This document shows, one piece after another, positions 1 to 10,866 of a stretch of 64,000 bases of DNA. The translations under genes and the position numbers were made by a program. The notes beneath the pieces are model-generated. The model worked only from the letters and a program-made list of their open reading frames with translations, was not told where the DNA came from and made no database searches. Every line of letters starts with the position of its first letter. Positions within the stretch are counted from its first letter, which is position 1. The stretch comes from Comamonadaceae bacterium (GTDB taxonomy: Bacteria > Pseudomonadota > Gammaproteobacteria > Burkholderiales > Burkholderiaceae_C). Location: the NCBI GenBank assembly GCA_004144865.1, contig SEAY01000045.1, forward strand, positions 12,305-76,304, given 5' to 3'.

Positions 1-686
1 ACGTTGCGGATCACGCGGCCCGAGAAGCGGCCGCAGAGATCCGGCGCGCTGACCTTGACCTTCAGCCTTGCGTCGTTGCCCGGCTGCACCGGCTCGAACT
101 TCGGCTCGGTGAGCGGCGCGCCGGTGAGCGCGGACAGTTCGCGCGCAACGCCGTACACGGACAGCGCGTGCGCCAGGTTGGGAGTGAGCTTGAGGGTGAA
201 GACGTGGTCGTCGAGGTTCAGGACCTCGCGCACGTCCTGGCCCAGCGGCGCGGAAGCATCCAGCTCCAGCAGGCCGCCGTGATCCTCGCTGAGCTGGAGC
301 TCCCGGGCCGAGCACAGCATGCCCTGGCTTTCCACGCCGCGCAGCTTGCCCAGCTTGATGGCGAACGGCTTGCCGTCCTCGCCCGGCGGCAATTCGGCGC
401 CCACCAGCGCCGTCGGCACGCGGATGCCCACGCGCGCGTTGGGCGCGCCGCAGACGATGTTGAGGAGCGCACCCTGCCCCACGTCGACCTGGCACACGCG
501 CAGGCGGTCGGCGTTGGGGTGCTGCACGGCTTCCTTGATCTCGCCGACCACCACCTTCGTGAAGGGAGGCGCGACCGGGCGCAAGTCCTCCACTTCCAGC
601 CCACCCATGGTGAGCGTGTCGGCGATCTGTTGCGTGGTCAGCGGCGGGTTGCAGAACGCGCGCAGCCAGGACTCGGGGAATTGCAT
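1..686 (-). CDS. pheT: Phenylalanine--tRNA ligase beta subunit, N-terminal part (gene runs off the left edge)
   Basis: Reverse-strand ATG at 686-684 opens [33 protein letters not shown]..., typical of the PheRS beta N-terminus. It lies 13 nt downstream of the pheS stop. It is missing from the ORF track because its stop is outside the window. Confidence 0.9.
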   Translation of the reverse strand, partial: MQFPESWLRAFCNPPLTTQQIADTLTMGGLEVEDLRPVAPPFTKVVVGEIKEAVQHPNADRLRVCQVDVGQGALLNIVCGAPNARVGIRVPTALVGAELPPGEDGKPFAIKLGKLRGVESQGMLCSARELQLSEDHGGLLELDASAPLGQDVREVLNLDDHVFTLKLTPNLAHALSVYGVARELSALTGAPLTEPKFEPVQPGNDARLKVKVSAPDLCGRFSGRVIRN

Positions 687-699
687 GTCGTCTCGGGAA

Positions 700-1758
700 T
701 CAGCGGAATTGCTTCAGGAAGCGGGTGTCGCCGTCGAAGAACAGGCGCAGGTCGTTCACGCCGTAGCGCAGCATGGTCAGGCGGTCCGGGCCCATGCCGA
801 AGGCGAAGCCGATGTACTTTTCGGGGTCCAGGCCCATGTTGCGCACGACGGCGGGGTGCACCTGGCCGGAGCCGGCCACCTCCAGCCAGCGGCCGGCGAG
901 CGGCCCGCTCTGGAACTGGATGTCGATCTCGGCGCTGGGCTCCGTGAACGGGAAGAAGCTGGGGCGAAAGCGCAGCGCGAGGTCGTCGCTCTCGAAGAAG
1001 GTGCGGCAGAAGTCGGTGAAGACGACCTTCAGGTCCTTGAAGCTCACGTTCTCGCCCAGCCACAGGCCTTCGCACTGGTGGAACATCGGCGAGTGCGTGG
1101 CGTCGCTGTCCACGCGATAGGTGCGGCCCGGGCAGATCACGCGGATCTCGGGCATCGTGCCGCCCGCGGCCACGAGCGCGGCGTGCTTCTTCACGTGGCG
1201 ATGGGCGTACCGCACCTGCATCGGGCTGGTGTGCGGCCGCAGGTTGTAGGGAATGCCGTCGTCGCCGTCGATGTCCACGTAGAACGTGTCCTGCATCGAG
1301 CGCGCGGGATGGTTCGGCGGGTTGTTCAGCGACGTGAAGCTGTGCCAGTCGCTTTCGATTTCCGGGCCGTCGGCCACGTCGAAGCCCATGCTGGCGAAGA
1401 TCAGCTCGATGCGCTCCATGGTCAGCGACACCGGGTGCAGGCCGCCCGGCTCGCGCACGCGGCCCGGCAGCGAGACGTCGAGCGCCTCGGCCTTCAGCTG
1501 GAGCGCGAGCTCGGCGTCGGCCAGCGCCTGGCGGCGCTCGGCCAGGGCCGCCTCGATCGCCTGCTTGGCCTGGTTGATCGCCGCGCCGCGCGTCTTCTTC
1601 TCCTCCACGGAGAGCGCGGCCAGGCCCTTCATCAGCTCGGTGATGCGGCCGGCCTTGCCGGTGAACTGCGCCTTGGCGTTTTCCAGCTCCGCGGGCGTCC
1701 GGGCCCCGGCGAAAGCCTCGCGCGCACTGCCGACGATCGAATCGAATTCTTGGGTCAT
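700..1758 (-). CDS. pheS: Phenylalanine--tRNA ligase alpha subunit
   Basis: 352-aa [19 protein letters not shown]... with class II aaRS motifs ([19 protein letters not shown]). It sits between rplT and pheT in the conserved order. Confidence 0.97.
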   Translation of the reverse strand: MTQEFDSIVGSAREAFAGARTPAELENAKAQFTGKAGRITELMKGLAALSVEEKKTRGAAINQAKQAIEAALAERRQALADAELALQLKAEALDVSLPGRVREPGGLHPVSLTMERIELIFASMGFDVADGPEIESDWHSFTSLNNPPNHPARSMQDTFYVDIDGDDGIPYNLRPHTSPMQVRYAHRHVKKHAALVAAGGTMPEIRVICPGRTYRVDSDATHSPMFHQCEGLWLGENVSFKDLKVVFTDFCRTFFESDDLALRFRPSFFPFTEPSAEIDIQFQSGPLAGRWLEVAGSGQVHPAVVRNMGLDPEKYIGFAFGMGPDRLTMLRYGVNDLRLFFDGDTRFLKQFR

Positions 1759-1761
1759 GAG

Positions 1762-1801
1762 AAGAAAAAAACAGGGCTAGTGCTTCGCAGCCCTAGCCCT
1801 G
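1762..1801 (-). terminator. Rho-independent terminator or attenuator between rplT and pheS
   Basis: 9-bp stem CAGGGCTAG (1772-1780) pairs with CTAGCCCTG (1793-1801). On the minus strand it is followed by the T-run TTTTTTTCTTCTC (complement of 1759-1771). A second perfect 9-bp hairpin lies at 1819-1842. Confidence 0.5.
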
Positions 1802-1852
1802 TCCAATGGGTTGCACCGGATGCCGCCGCGGACGGCGGCATCACCGCGAAAC

Positions 1853-2212
1853 TCAGGCAGCCAGCTTGGCCTTGACCTGGTTCACGATGCCGGTAAACGC
1901 CGCGGGGTCGTGATAGGCGATATCGGCCAGGACCTTGCGGTCGATGTCGATGCCGGCCTTGCGGATCCCGTTGGCGAACTGGCTGTAGGTGAGACCGTTC
2001 GCACGCGCGGCGGCGTTGATACGGGCGATCCACAGCTGGCGGAAGACGCGCTTCTTGGTCCGGCGGTCGCGATAGGCGTATTGACCCGCCTTCATCACCG
2101 CTTCCTTGGCGATGCGGAAGACGTTGCCGCGGCGGCCGCGGAAGCCCTTGGCCAGGGCGAGGACCTTCTTGTGACGTGCGCGGGCGGTTACACCACGTTT
2201 GACGCGAGGCAT
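1853..2212 (-). CDS. rplT: 50S ribosomal protein L20
   Basis: 119-aa [42 protein letters not shown]..., an unmistakable L20. Confidence 0.97.
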   Translation of the reverse strand: MPRVKRGVTARARHKKVLALAKGFRGRRGNVFRIAKEAVMKAGQYAYRDRRTKKRVFRQLWIARINAAARANGLTYSQFANGIRKAGIDIDRKVLADIAYHDPAAFTGIVNQVKAKLAA

Positions 2213-2236
2213 GTGTGTTCTCCTTCTTCGTCTGCG

Positions 2237-2440
2237 TTACAGGCCGGCGAACGGCAGCATCTGCGCCATGTGACCCATGTTGGTCTCATGCACAGCGGTC
2301 GGTCCACGGAGGTGGCGCTTGTTCTTGGTGGACTTCTTGGTCAGGATGTGACGCTTGAAGGCCTGGCCGCGCTTGACGGTCCCGCCGGGACGCACGCGGA
2401 AGCGCTTCTTCGCTCCGCTCTTGGTCTTCATCTTGGGCAT
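2237..2440 (-). CDS. rpmI: 50S ribosomal protein L35
   Basis: Internal ATG (2440) of ORF 2237..2839 gives the 67-aa [46 protein letters not shown].... The upstream part of that ORF is Arg/Pro-rich junk. Confidence 0.95.
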   Translation of the reverse strand: MPKMKTKSGAKKRFRVRPGGTVKRGQAFKRHILTKKSTKNKRHLRGPTAVHETNMGHMAQMLPFAGL

Positions 2441-2604
2441 TGAATGCTCCTTCTTCCTTGTGCTCGTGAGGCGTCGCGGGAAAGTCCCGCGCCTTGATGG
2501 CCCCGAGCCACTTTTTGTTTCGGAGCGCGAGGCTCCGGGAAGGCGCGAACGCCTCCCCTCCTTCGCCGCCCCGGCGACCAACCGTGGCGGATCCGAACCG
2601 TGCC

Positions 2605-3216
2605 TCAGGACGACGTCGTCGTCGCGGTCGCCGCGGGAGCGGCTTCCGTCGCCGGCTTGGCAGGCGCCGGCTTCTTCTTGCCCGGCGCGATCATCATGAT
2701 CATCTGCCGGCCTTCGAGCTTGGGGAACTGCTCGACGAGGATGGTGTCCCCGAGGTCGTCGCGGATGCGCTGCAGCAGCGCCATCCCGATTTCCTGGTGC
2801 GTGATCTCGCGGCCGCGGAACCGCAGCGTGATCTTGCACTTGTCGCCTTCCGCCAGGAAGCGCCGGATGTTGCGCATCTTGATGTTGTAGTCACCGTCGT
2901 CGGTGCCCGGGCGGAACTTGATTTCCTTGATCTCGATGACCGTCTGCTTCGACTTCGCTTCCGCGGCCTTCTTCTGTTCCTGGTACTTGAACTTGCCGTA
3001 GTCCATCAGCCGGCAGACCGGCGGATTGGCAGTGGCGGCGATCTCGACCAGGTCCACATCCAGCTCGCCTGCCATACGCAAGGCTTCCTGCAGACTCACG
3101 ATGCCCAAGGGCTCGTTGTTGGGTCCGCTCAGGCGGACTTCCGGGGCCATGATTTCCCGGTTCAGGCGGTGCTTGCGTTCCTCGCGGTGGCGGCGGTCGC
3201 GAAATTCAGTAGCGAT
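2605..3216 (-). CDS. infC: Translation initiation factor IF-3 (non-AUG start; exact start uncertain)
   Basis: The track ORF starts at [24 protein letters not shown]..., which is already inside the conserved IF-3 N-domain. The frame stays open upstream. An in-frame ATC at 3216-3214 lies 9 nt from AAGGA (complement of 3226-3230). An alternative in-frame ATT is at 3261-3259. Confidence 0.85.
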   Translation of the reverse strand: MATEFRDRRHREERKHRLNREIMAPEVRLSGPNNEPLGIVSLQEALRMAGELDVDLVEIAATANPPVCRLMDYGKFKYQEQKKAAEAKSKQTVIEIKEIKFRPGTDDGDYNIKMRNIRRFLAEGDKCKITLRFRGREITHQEIGMALLQRIRDDLGDTILVEQFPKLEGRQMIMMIAPGKKKPAPAKPATEAAPAATATTTSS

Positions 3217-3304
3217 GGTCTTGCGTCCTTGATTCAGGTTAACTACAAAAACTGTAGCAATGCCGCCTTGGTGGGCGCGGCCCCGCAGCTTCCTCCAATT
3301 GGAT

Positions 3305-5212
3305 TCAGCGCTTGGCGGCGACGTCCCCGGCGATCCTCTTGCCGAATTCCTCCAGGGACATCACCCCGAGGTCCTGGTTGCCCCGGGCGCGCACCGCGAC
3401 GGCGCCAGCCGCCTTCTCTTTCTCGCCGACGACGAGGAGATAGGGCGGCTTTTGCAGCGAATGCTCGCGTATTTTATACGTGATCTTCTCGTTGCGCAGA
3501 TCCACCTCCGCCCTAAGCCCTTGATTCCTCAGCGTTTCGGCCACGGATTGGGCGTAGTCCGCCTGGCCGCCGGTGATGTTGAGGACCACCGCCTGCACCG
3601 GGGCGAGCCACGCCGGCAGGGCGCCGGCATGGTGTTCGATCAGCATGCCGATGAAACGCTCGAGGCTGCCCACGATGGCCCGGTGCAGCATCACGGGATG
3701 GGCGCGGCCGCTCGTCTCCGTGACATATTCCGCCCCCAGGCGTTCGGCCGTGTTGAAATCGACCTGCATCGTGCCGCACTGCCACTGGCGGCCCAGCGCG
3801 TCCTTCAGCGTGTATTCGATCTTCGGGCCGTAGAAGGCGCCGTCGCCGGGCGACACCACGAAGTCCACGCCCGAGCGGCGCAGCGCCTCCATGCAGGCAT
3901 GTTCGGCCTTGTCCCAGAGCTCGTCGGAACCCACGCGGTTCTCGGGGCGCGTGGCGACCTTGTAGAGGATGTCCGTGAAGCCGAAGTCGCGGTACACCTG
4001 CTGCAGCTTGGCCGTGTAGTCCACGCACTCCTGCAGGATCTGGTCCTCCGTCACGAACGCGTGGCCGTCGTCCTGCGTGAAGCCCCGCACCCGCATGATC
4101 CCGTGCAGCGCGCCCGAGGGCTCGTTGCGGTGGCACTGGCCGAACTCGCCGAAGCGCAGCGGCAGGTCGCGGTAGCTGCGCAGCTGCGACTTGAAGATCA
4201 GCACGTGGCCCGGGCAGTTCATCGGCTTGAGCGCGTACTCGCGCTTCTCCGACTCCGTCGTGAACATGTTCTCGCGGTAGTTCTGCCAGTGGCCCGTCTT
4301 CTCCCACAGGCTCTTGTCCAGGATCTGCGGTCCCTTGACCTCCTGGTAGCCCGTGTCCTTGTAGACCTGGCGCATGTACTGCTCCACCGCCTGCCAGATG
4401 GCCCAGCCCTTGGGGTGCCAGAACACCACGCCGGGGGCCACGTCGTCGATGTGGAACAGGTCCAGCTCGCGGCCCAGGCGCCGGTGGTCGCGCTTCTCGG
4501 CTTCCTCCAGCATCGTGAGGTACTGCTGCAGCTCCTCCTTCGTCGCCCAGGCCGTGCCGTAGATGCGCTGCAGCATCTCGTTGCGGTGGTCGCCGCGCCA
4601 ATAGGCGCCGGCCACCTTCATCAGCTTGAAGTGCTTCAGCTTGCCCGTGCTGGGCACGTGCGGGCCGCGGCAGAGGTCCTCGAAGCCGCCCTCCGCATAC
4701 AGGGAAACGTCCTCGCCCTGCGGGATGCTGCCGATGATCTCGGCCTTGTAGGCTTCACCCATGGCCTTGAAGTGCTGCACCGCCTCGTCGCGCGGCAGCA
4801 CGCGCCGCGTGACCGGCTCGTCCTTCGCCGCCAGTTCGGCCATGCGCTTCTCGATCGCGGCCAGGTCCTCCGGCGTGAAGGGCCGCTTGTATGCGAAGTC
4901 GTAATAGAAGCCGTGCTCGATGACCGGGCCTATCGTCACCTGCGCCTCGGGAAAGAGCTCCTTGACCGCGTAGGCCAGCAGGTGCGCCGTGGAGTGGCGG
5001 ATGACGTCCAGCCCCTCGGGGTCCTTGTGCGTGACGATCGCGACCTTCGCGTCGCCCTGGATCGTGAACGTCGTGTCGACGACCTTGCCGTCGACCTTGC
5101 CGGCGATGGCGGCCTTGGCCAGGCCGGGGCCGATGGAAGCGGCGACGTCGGCGACCGTCACCGGGCCGGGGAACTGGCGCTGCGAGCCGTCGGGAAGCGT
5201 GATCTGGATCAT
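3305..5212 (-). CDS. thrS: Threonine--tRNA ligase
   Basis: 635-aa [43 protein letters not shown]... with a TGS domain, editing domain and class II core. It is the first gene of the thrS-infC-rpmI-rplT-pheST block. Confidence 0.97.
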   Translation of the reverse strand: MIQITLPDGSQRQFPGPVTVADVAASIGPGLAKAAIAGKVDGKVVDTTFTIQGDAKVAIVTHKDPEGLDVIRHSTAHLLAYAVKELFPEAQVTIGPVIEHGFYYDFAYKRPFTPEDLAAIEKRMAELAAKDEPVTRRVLPRDEAVQHFKAMGEAYKAEIIGSIPQGEDVSLYAEGGFEDLCRGPHVPSTGKLKHFKLMKVAGAYWRGDHRNEMLQRIYGTAWATKEELQQYLTMLEEAEKRDHRRLGRELDLFHIDDVAPGVVFWHPKGWAIWQAVEQYMRQVYKDTGYQEVKGPQILDKSLWEKTGHWQNYRENMFTTESEKREYALKPMNCPGHVLIFKSQLRSYRDLPLRFGEFGQCHRNEPSGALHGIMRVRGFTQDDGHAFVTEDQILQECVDYTAKLQQVYRDFGFTDILYKVATRPENRVGSDELWDKAEHACMEALRRSGVDFVVSPGDGAFYGPKIEYTLKDALGRQWQCGTMQVDFNTAERLGAEYVTETSGRAHPVMLHRAIVGSLERFIGMLIEHHAGALPAWLAPVQAVVLNITGGQADYAQSVAETLRNQGLRAEVDLRNEKITYKIREHSLQKPPYLLVVGEKEKAAGAVAVRARGNQDLGVMSLEEFGKRIAGDVAAKR

Positions 5213-5230
5213 GGTGGGAACTCTGGGGCA

Positions 5231-5267
5231 ACGAAAACGAAAAAAGCGCGGGGGCAGCCGCGCTTTT
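5231..5267 (-). terminator. Rho-independent terminator after the sensor kinase gene
   Basis: 10-bp stem AAAAGCGCGG (5242-5251) pairs with CCGCGCTTTT (5258-5267). On the minus strand it is followed by TTTTTTCGTTTTCG. Confidence 0.55.
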
Positions 5268-5309
5268 CAGTTGGGGAGAGGCAACTCAGTGCACGCGACG
5301 ACCCGGCCG

Positions 5310-7223
5310 CTAGCGGGCCGTGGAACCTTCCGGGGTAGTTCGCGGTGTCATAACCGGGGTGCCTTTCTCGCTCTTGTTGCTCTTCGGATGGGACGATTCT
5401 ACCCCGTCGTCGCGCGGCAGCACCACCGTGAACTCGGAGCCGTGGCCCAGGCCCGCGCTGTTCGCCTCGATGTGGCCGCCGTGCAGTTCCACCAGCCGCG
5501 AAGCCAGGCTCAGGCCGATGCCCAGCCCGCCGCCCGCCGCGGAGCCGACCTGGTGGAACAGCTCGAACACCTCGCGCAGCTTTTCCGGGGCGATGCCGAT
5601 CCCGTTGTCGCGCACCGACACGCGCACGTCGCGCGGGCCCATGGCCACTTCCACGGCGATCTCCCCGCCGGGCGGCGTGTAGTGCGCGGCGTTGTTCAGG
5701 AGGTTGGTGAAGACCTGCGCCACGCGCGCCGGATCGATGTCCAGCACCAGCGCGGGATCGACCTCCTCCACCCGCACGCGGTGGCCGCGCGCATCGATCA
5801 GGGGCTGGCTGGTCTCCACCGCCGCCGCGATCACCTCGGCCAGGGGGACGCGCTCGCGCTGCAGCACGATCTTGCCGCGGGAGATGCGCGAGACATCCAG
5901 CAGGTCGTCGATCAGCCGCACCAGCTGCCGGACCTGCCGCTCCGCGATCTCCAGCGACCGGTTCGCCTGCGGCCCGGGCGGCAGCCGGCGCAGCACGGCG
6001 AGCGATGTGCGGATCGGCGCGAGCGGATTGCGCAGTTCGTGCGCCAGCACGGCCAGGAATTCGTCCTTGCGCCGCTCCGCTTCGCGCAGCTCGGCGTAGA
6101 GCAGCTGCAGCTTTTCCGCCCGGTCCCGCGCCTTCTCCTCACTGGCGCGCAGGGCCAGTTCGTTGGCGCGCCGCTGCGCCGCGGCAGCCTCGGCATCGCG
6201 GCGCGCGCGGGCCTGGACGAAGGTGATCCACGCGAGCAGCAGCGCCGAGCCGGCCGAGCCGAGGGCAAGCCAGGGCACCAGCCTGCGCTCGGAGGCGGCC
6301 TCGAAAGCCGGGCTGCTGCTGAAGCGGATCAGCCAGGAACGGCCGGCCACGTCGATGCGGCTCGCAGCCGTCAGGGAGGGCGGCGTCGCCCGGGGCTCCG
6401 CGGTGGATCGAAGCAGCGCCGCGGGCTCGGGCGCGAGTCCGTCGAACAGCTCGTAGTCCACGCGGCGCACGCTGCCCCCGCGCACGCCCGCGAGCAGGTC
6501 ATCCACGCGCAGCGGTGCGTAGACGAACCCTTCGAGCTGGCGCCGCCGCTCCTCCACCGTGGGCGGCACGACCTTGTCGCGGTAGACCGGCAGGTACACC
6601 AGGAACCCGGCCTGCTTGCGCTCGTCGATCTCCTGCACCAGCAGGACCTTGCCCGAGGCCGCCGGCCGCGCTTCGTCGCGTGCGCGTTCCATGGCGGCGC
6701 GCCGCGTCGGGTCGGTGGCCATGTCGTAGCCGATCGCCTCGCGGTTGCGCGCGTCCATCGGCTCCAGGAACAGGATGGTGTGGTACTCGTCGCGCGGCCC
6801 CTCGGGCCACACACGGAAGGCCGGGTTGCCGTCGGCCCGCAGCCGCGCCAGCCGCTCCTCCAGCTCGTCCGGCGCGATGCGCGCCGTGAACCCGATCCCG
6901 AGAATCCCCGGATAGCGTTCCCGCAGCTGCAGCTGCTGCACATAGCCCGCGAACTCCCGCACATAGACCCGGTCGCTCGCCCCGAAGAGGCCGGACGCCC
7001 CGCGCAGCAGCGTCACCGTGGTGTCGATGCGCTCGCGCACCGCCCCGGTGGTGCGCGCCACCTCCGCCTGGAACGCCGCCTGGTCGCGCTGCGCGATGGA
7101 CCGCGAGATCGACAGCAGCAGCAGCGCGGTGACCAGCAAGGCCAGGGCAAGGACGAGCAAGGGCGCCAGCCACAGCGAACGGGCTGGAGGCGCTGGCGGA
7201 TGGAGGTCGCTGGAAGTGGACAC
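5310..7223 (-). CDS. Membrane sensor histidine kinase with a CHASE-like periplasmic domain (no receiver domain)
   Basis: 637 aa. It has an N-terminal TM segment, then a region resembling CHASE (YPGILGIGFTARI..., ILFLEPMDARNREAIGYDM..., AGFLVYLPVY), a second TM, a HisKA H-box (FLAVLAHELRNPLAPI) and HATPase_c (GGLGIGLSLASRLVELHGG). Confidence 0.8.
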   Translation of the reverse strand: MSTSSDLHPPAPPARSLWLAPLLVLALALLVTALLLLSISRSIAQRDQAAFQAEVARTTGAVRERIDTTVTLLRGASGLFGASDRVYVREFAGYVQQLQLRERYPGILGIGFTARIAPDELEERLARLRADGNPAFRVWPEGPRDEYHTILFLEPMDARNREAIGYDMATDPTRRAAMERARDEARPAASGKVLLVQEIDERKQAGFLVYLPVYRDKVVPPTVEERRRQLEGFVYAPLRVDDLLAGVRGGSVRRVDYELFDGLAPEPAALLRSTAEPRATPPSLTAASRIDVAGRSWLIRFSSSPAFEAASERRLVPWLALGSAGSALLLAWITFVQARARRDAEAAAAQRRANELALRASEEKARDRAEKLQLLYAELREAERRKDEFLAVLAHELRNPLAPIRTSLAVLRRLPPGPQANRSLEIAERQVRQLVRLIDDLLDVSRISRGKIVLQRERVPLAEVIAAAVETSQPLIDARGHRVRVEEVDPALVLDIDPARVAQVFTNLLNNAAHYTPPGGEIAVEVAMGPRDVRVSVRDNGIGIAPEKLREVFELFHQVGSAAGGGLGIGLSLASRLVELHGGHIEANSAGLGHGSEFTVVLPRDDGVESSHPKSNKSEKGTPVMTPRTTPEGSTAR

Positions 7224-7265
7224 GCGGGATCGGGCTTCTGCGAACCGATGCTACCCGGGCCCGCA

Positions 7266-7303
7266 CGAAAAAAGGGCCCGGTGCACCGAGATGCACCGGG
7301 CCC
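7266..7303 (-). terminator. Rho-independent terminator after aceA
   Basis: Perfect 12-bp stem GGGCCCGGTGCA (7274-7285) pairs with TGCACCGGGCCC (7292-7303). On the minus strand it is followed by TTTTTTCGTG. Confidence 0.6.
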
Positions 7304-7324
7304 TCCTGCGCGGACCGTGCGCGC

Positions 7325-8659
<1,335 letters not shown>

Positions 8660-8720
8660 TCCGTGGGTTGATGTCGAAACCGGGGCAGGCGCGCGGGCGC
8701 CGCGTTGGAATGAACTTTAA

Positions 8721-8764
8721 GTCTTGTAGAAGACCTTGTGGAGCTCTTATGTCTTATACAAGAC
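8721..8764. promoter_or_regulatory. Two copies of a GTCTT-N4-AAGAC palindrome upstream of aceA (candidate operator)
   Basis: GTCTTGTAGAAGAC at 8721-8734 and GTCTTATACAAGAC at 8751-8764, 30 nt apart. They lie 62-105 nt upstream of the aceA start, inside a locally AT-rich stretch. Confidence 0.3.
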
Positions 8765-8805
8765 TAAATATTTTCATCAGGAAAATCAGCCACTTGCATC
8801 ATCGC

Positions 8806-8883
8806 TTCCGCTATGCGGAACGCTCTTTCCTATATTGAGAAATTTTGCGGCGATGCACAACGCCGTCTTTCCGCTATGCGAAA
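8806..8883. promoter_or_regulatory. Two copies of a TTCCGCTATGCGGAA-type palindrome (candidate operator)
   Basis: A perfect 15-bp palindrome TTCCGCTATGCGGAA at 8806-8820 and a near copy TTCCGCTATGCGAAA at 8869-8883. Both are in the same AT-rich aceA upstream region. Confidence 0.3.
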
Positions 8884-8889
8884 TCAGAA

Positions 8890-9291
8890 TCAAGGATTGT
8901 GAAATAGCAGCCAGTCGCCGTGGCCGATCACCTGCCTGCCCCGCACGTGGGCGGGATTGATCTCGTACAGGAGGCACGGCACGGGACGGCCCTCCACCAG
9001 GACCTCGAGCTCGCGCTTGAAGTACTCGCTGTCGGCGCCGGGCACGATCTGCTCGATGCCGTCGAGGATCGCCTCGAGGGCGGGAGTGATGCGGTACACC
9101 TCCCCGACCACCGTCACGGCTTCCTCGCCGCCCAGCGTGAGGCCCGGGTACCAGTCGATGTGGTACAGGACGCCCCGCACCTCGCCCATGCCCACGTACT
9201 CCGGCGCGGGCGCGAGGCGGTTGATGTCGTTGCGGCCGCCGCGGCGCAGGGTGCCGTAGACGAAGACGTGGCGCAGGGGGGCTTCAGGCAT
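8890..9291 (-). CDS. Gamma-glutamylcyclotransferase (AIG2/GGACT-like) family protein
   Basis: MPEAPLRHVFVYGTLRRGGRNDINRL...GVLYHIDWYPGL...GEVY matches the YGTL(R/M)xG fold signature. The start is taken at the ATG at 9291; a GTG alternative is at 9333. Confidence 0.75.
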   Translation of the reverse strand: MPEAPLRHVFVYGTLRRGGRNDINRLAPAPEYVGMGEVRGVLYHIDWYPGLTLGGEEAVTVVGEVYRITPALEAILDGIEQIVPGADSEYFKRELEVLVEGRPVPCLLYEINPAHVRGRQVIGHGDWLLFHNP

Positions 9292-9322
9292 GATGCGGCG
9301 TTTTTCGCGTCCGCCATTGTCG

Positions 9323-10231
9323 ATGAGCTTCACGCCGAGCCGCCCTGTCGCCTACGCCTGCCTCGCGCTGAGCATGTCCCTGGTCGGCAGCTATGTCGCG
9401 CTGTCCAAGCCGCTGGTGGCGGCCATCCCCGTGTTCCTGCTCGCCTGGCTGCGCTTCGGCATCGGCGGGGCCGCCATGCTCCACTGGCTGCGCAAGCCCG
9501 CCAACGAGCCGCCGCTCACCGGGCGCACGCGCGGCCTGCTGTTCCTCGAGTCCTTCCTCGGCAACTTCCTGTTCTCGATCTGCATGCTGTTCGGCGTGAG
9601 CCTGACCAGCGCGGTGTCGGCGGGCGTGATCATGGCGGCGATCCCCGCTGCGGTGGCGCTCCTGAGCCGCTTGTTCCTGCGCGAGCCCATCTCCGGCCGC
9701 ACCTGGACGGCGATCGCGTGTGCGGCGCTGGGCATAGCGCTGCTGGGCTTCGCCCGGCCTGCGGAGGATGCGACCGCCGCGGGAACACACCGGCTCGCCT
9801 GGCTCGGCAACCTGCTGGTGCTGGGCGCGGTGCTGTGCGAGGCCGCGTATGCCGTGATCGGCAAGGCGCTCACCGGCAAGCTGGGCCCCAAGCGCATCAC
9901 GGCGCTGATCAACCTGTGGGGGTTCGCGCTGGTCACCCCGTTGGGCGCCTACGCCGCGCTGCAGTTCGATTTCGCTTCCGTCGGGGCAGGCTCGTGGCTG
10001 CTGCTGCTGTTCTACGCACTCGCCGCCAGCGTCTGGACCGTGTGGCTCTGGATGACCGGGCTGAAGGTCGTGCCGGCTGCGCAGGCCGGCGTCTTCACGG
10101 CGATGCTGCCGGTGTCGGCAGCGGCGGTGGGGGTGCTGGTGCTCGGGGAACATCTGACCGCGCTGCAGGTGCTGGCGTTCCTGTCGGCGCTGGTGGGCGT
10201 GTTGCTGGCGACATTGCCTCCCCGGCGCTGA
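9323..10231 (+). CDS. DMT (EamA) family transporter
   Basis: Ten predicted hydrophobic segments, with a duplicated EamA-like architecture. The start is taken at MSFTPSRPVAYACLAL.... The track start at 9290 would overlap the divergent gene's start codon. Confidence 0.75.
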   Translation: MSFTPSRPVAYACLALSMSLVGSYVALSKPLVAAIPVFLLAWLRFGIGGAAMLHWLRKPANEPPLTGRTRGLLFLESFLGNFLFSICMLFGVSLTSAVSAGVIMAAIPAAVALLSRLFLREPISGRTWTAIACAALGIALLGFARPAEDATAAGTHRLAWLGNLLVLGAVLCEAAYAVIGKALTGKLGPKRITALINLWGFALVTPLGAYAALQFDFASVGAGSWLLLLFYALAASVWTVWLWMTGLKVVPAAQAGVFTAMLPVSAAAVGVLVLGEHLTALQVLAFLSALVGVLLATLPPRR

Positions 10232-10234
10232 CGG

Positions 10235-10262
10235 CTGGATCCCGGCCTGCGCCGGGATGACC
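10235..10262. repeat. REP family 1, single variant unit
   Basis: CTGGATCCCGGCCTGCGCCGGGATGACC is a hairpin-forming unit related to the GTCATCCCCGCGCAGGCGGGGATCCAGGG repeats elsewhere in the window. It lies between convergent gene ends. Confidence 0.5.
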
Positions 10263-10282
10263 GGACGCGCCACCTCCGGCGG

Positions 10283-10777
10283 CTAGCGTCCGGTCACCTT
10301 CCTGATCGCGGGCTTGATGTTCTCGCGCCGCGCCGGCAGCACCGCGGCGTGCTCGCGCGGCACGTTCAGCACGATCGAGGTGGAGGTCTCCGTGACCAGG
10401 CAGAACTTGGTGACCACCGCATCCAGGTGCTCCACGTCGATCACGGCGATCTCCAGGATCCAGCTGTCCTCGCCCGTGACGTTGAAGGCGTTCACCACCT
10501 CCGGCGTCTGCTCGATCAGCTTCACCACCCGGGCGTACTCCACCCGCCCCACCCGCACGATCGCCCGGATGCCGTACCCCAGGCGCTGGTAGTCCACCAC
10601 CGCACGGTAGCCCTTGATGAAGCCGGCCATCTCCAGCTTGCGCACCCGCTCGGTCACCGCCGGCTGCGACAGGTGCACCAGGCGGCCGAGCTCCGCCATG
10701 CTGGTGCGGGCGTCCCGCTGCAGTTCGGCGAGGATCCGCGTGTCGTAGGCGTCGAGTTCGGGAACTTCGGTGGACAT
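10283..10777 (-). CDS. Lrp/AsnC family transcriptional regulator
   Basis: An internal ATG gives MSTEVPELDAYDTRILAELQRDARTSMAELGRLVHLSQPAVTERVRKLEMAGFIKGY..., an HTH_AsnC domain plus a RAM domain. It is divergent from an EamA transporter. Confidence 0.9.
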   Translation of the reverse strand: MSTEVPELDAYDTRILAELQRDARTSMAELGRLVHLSQPAVTERVRKLEMAGFIKGYRAVVDYQRLGYGIRAIVRVGRVEYARVVKLIEQTPEVVNAFNVTGEDSWILEIAVIDVEHLDAVVTKFCLVTETSTSIVLNVPREHAAVLPARRENIKPAIRKVTGR

Positions 10778-10866
10778 GGGGCGAAACCTTGAAAAAAAAG
10801 GCCGGCCAAGCCGACGACCTTGGATCATGCATGGAAGGCCGACCGCGGGCAACCTACGATCGCCGC

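Noticed and set aside
1759-1852. A pheM-like Phe-rich leader peptide for attenuation control of pheST.
   Set aside because: Translating the minus strand of the rplT-pheS gap gives no Phe-rich mini-ORF. Only two hairpins and a T-run are present, so I call it a terminator or attenuator of unknown control.
8736-8977. Two short ORFs (74 aa on plus, 63 aa on minus) inside the AT-rich region upstream of aceA.
   Set aside because: They have no ribosome-binding context or family resemblance, and their codon usage is atypical for this genome. The region is better explained as regulatory DNA with the palindromes reported above.
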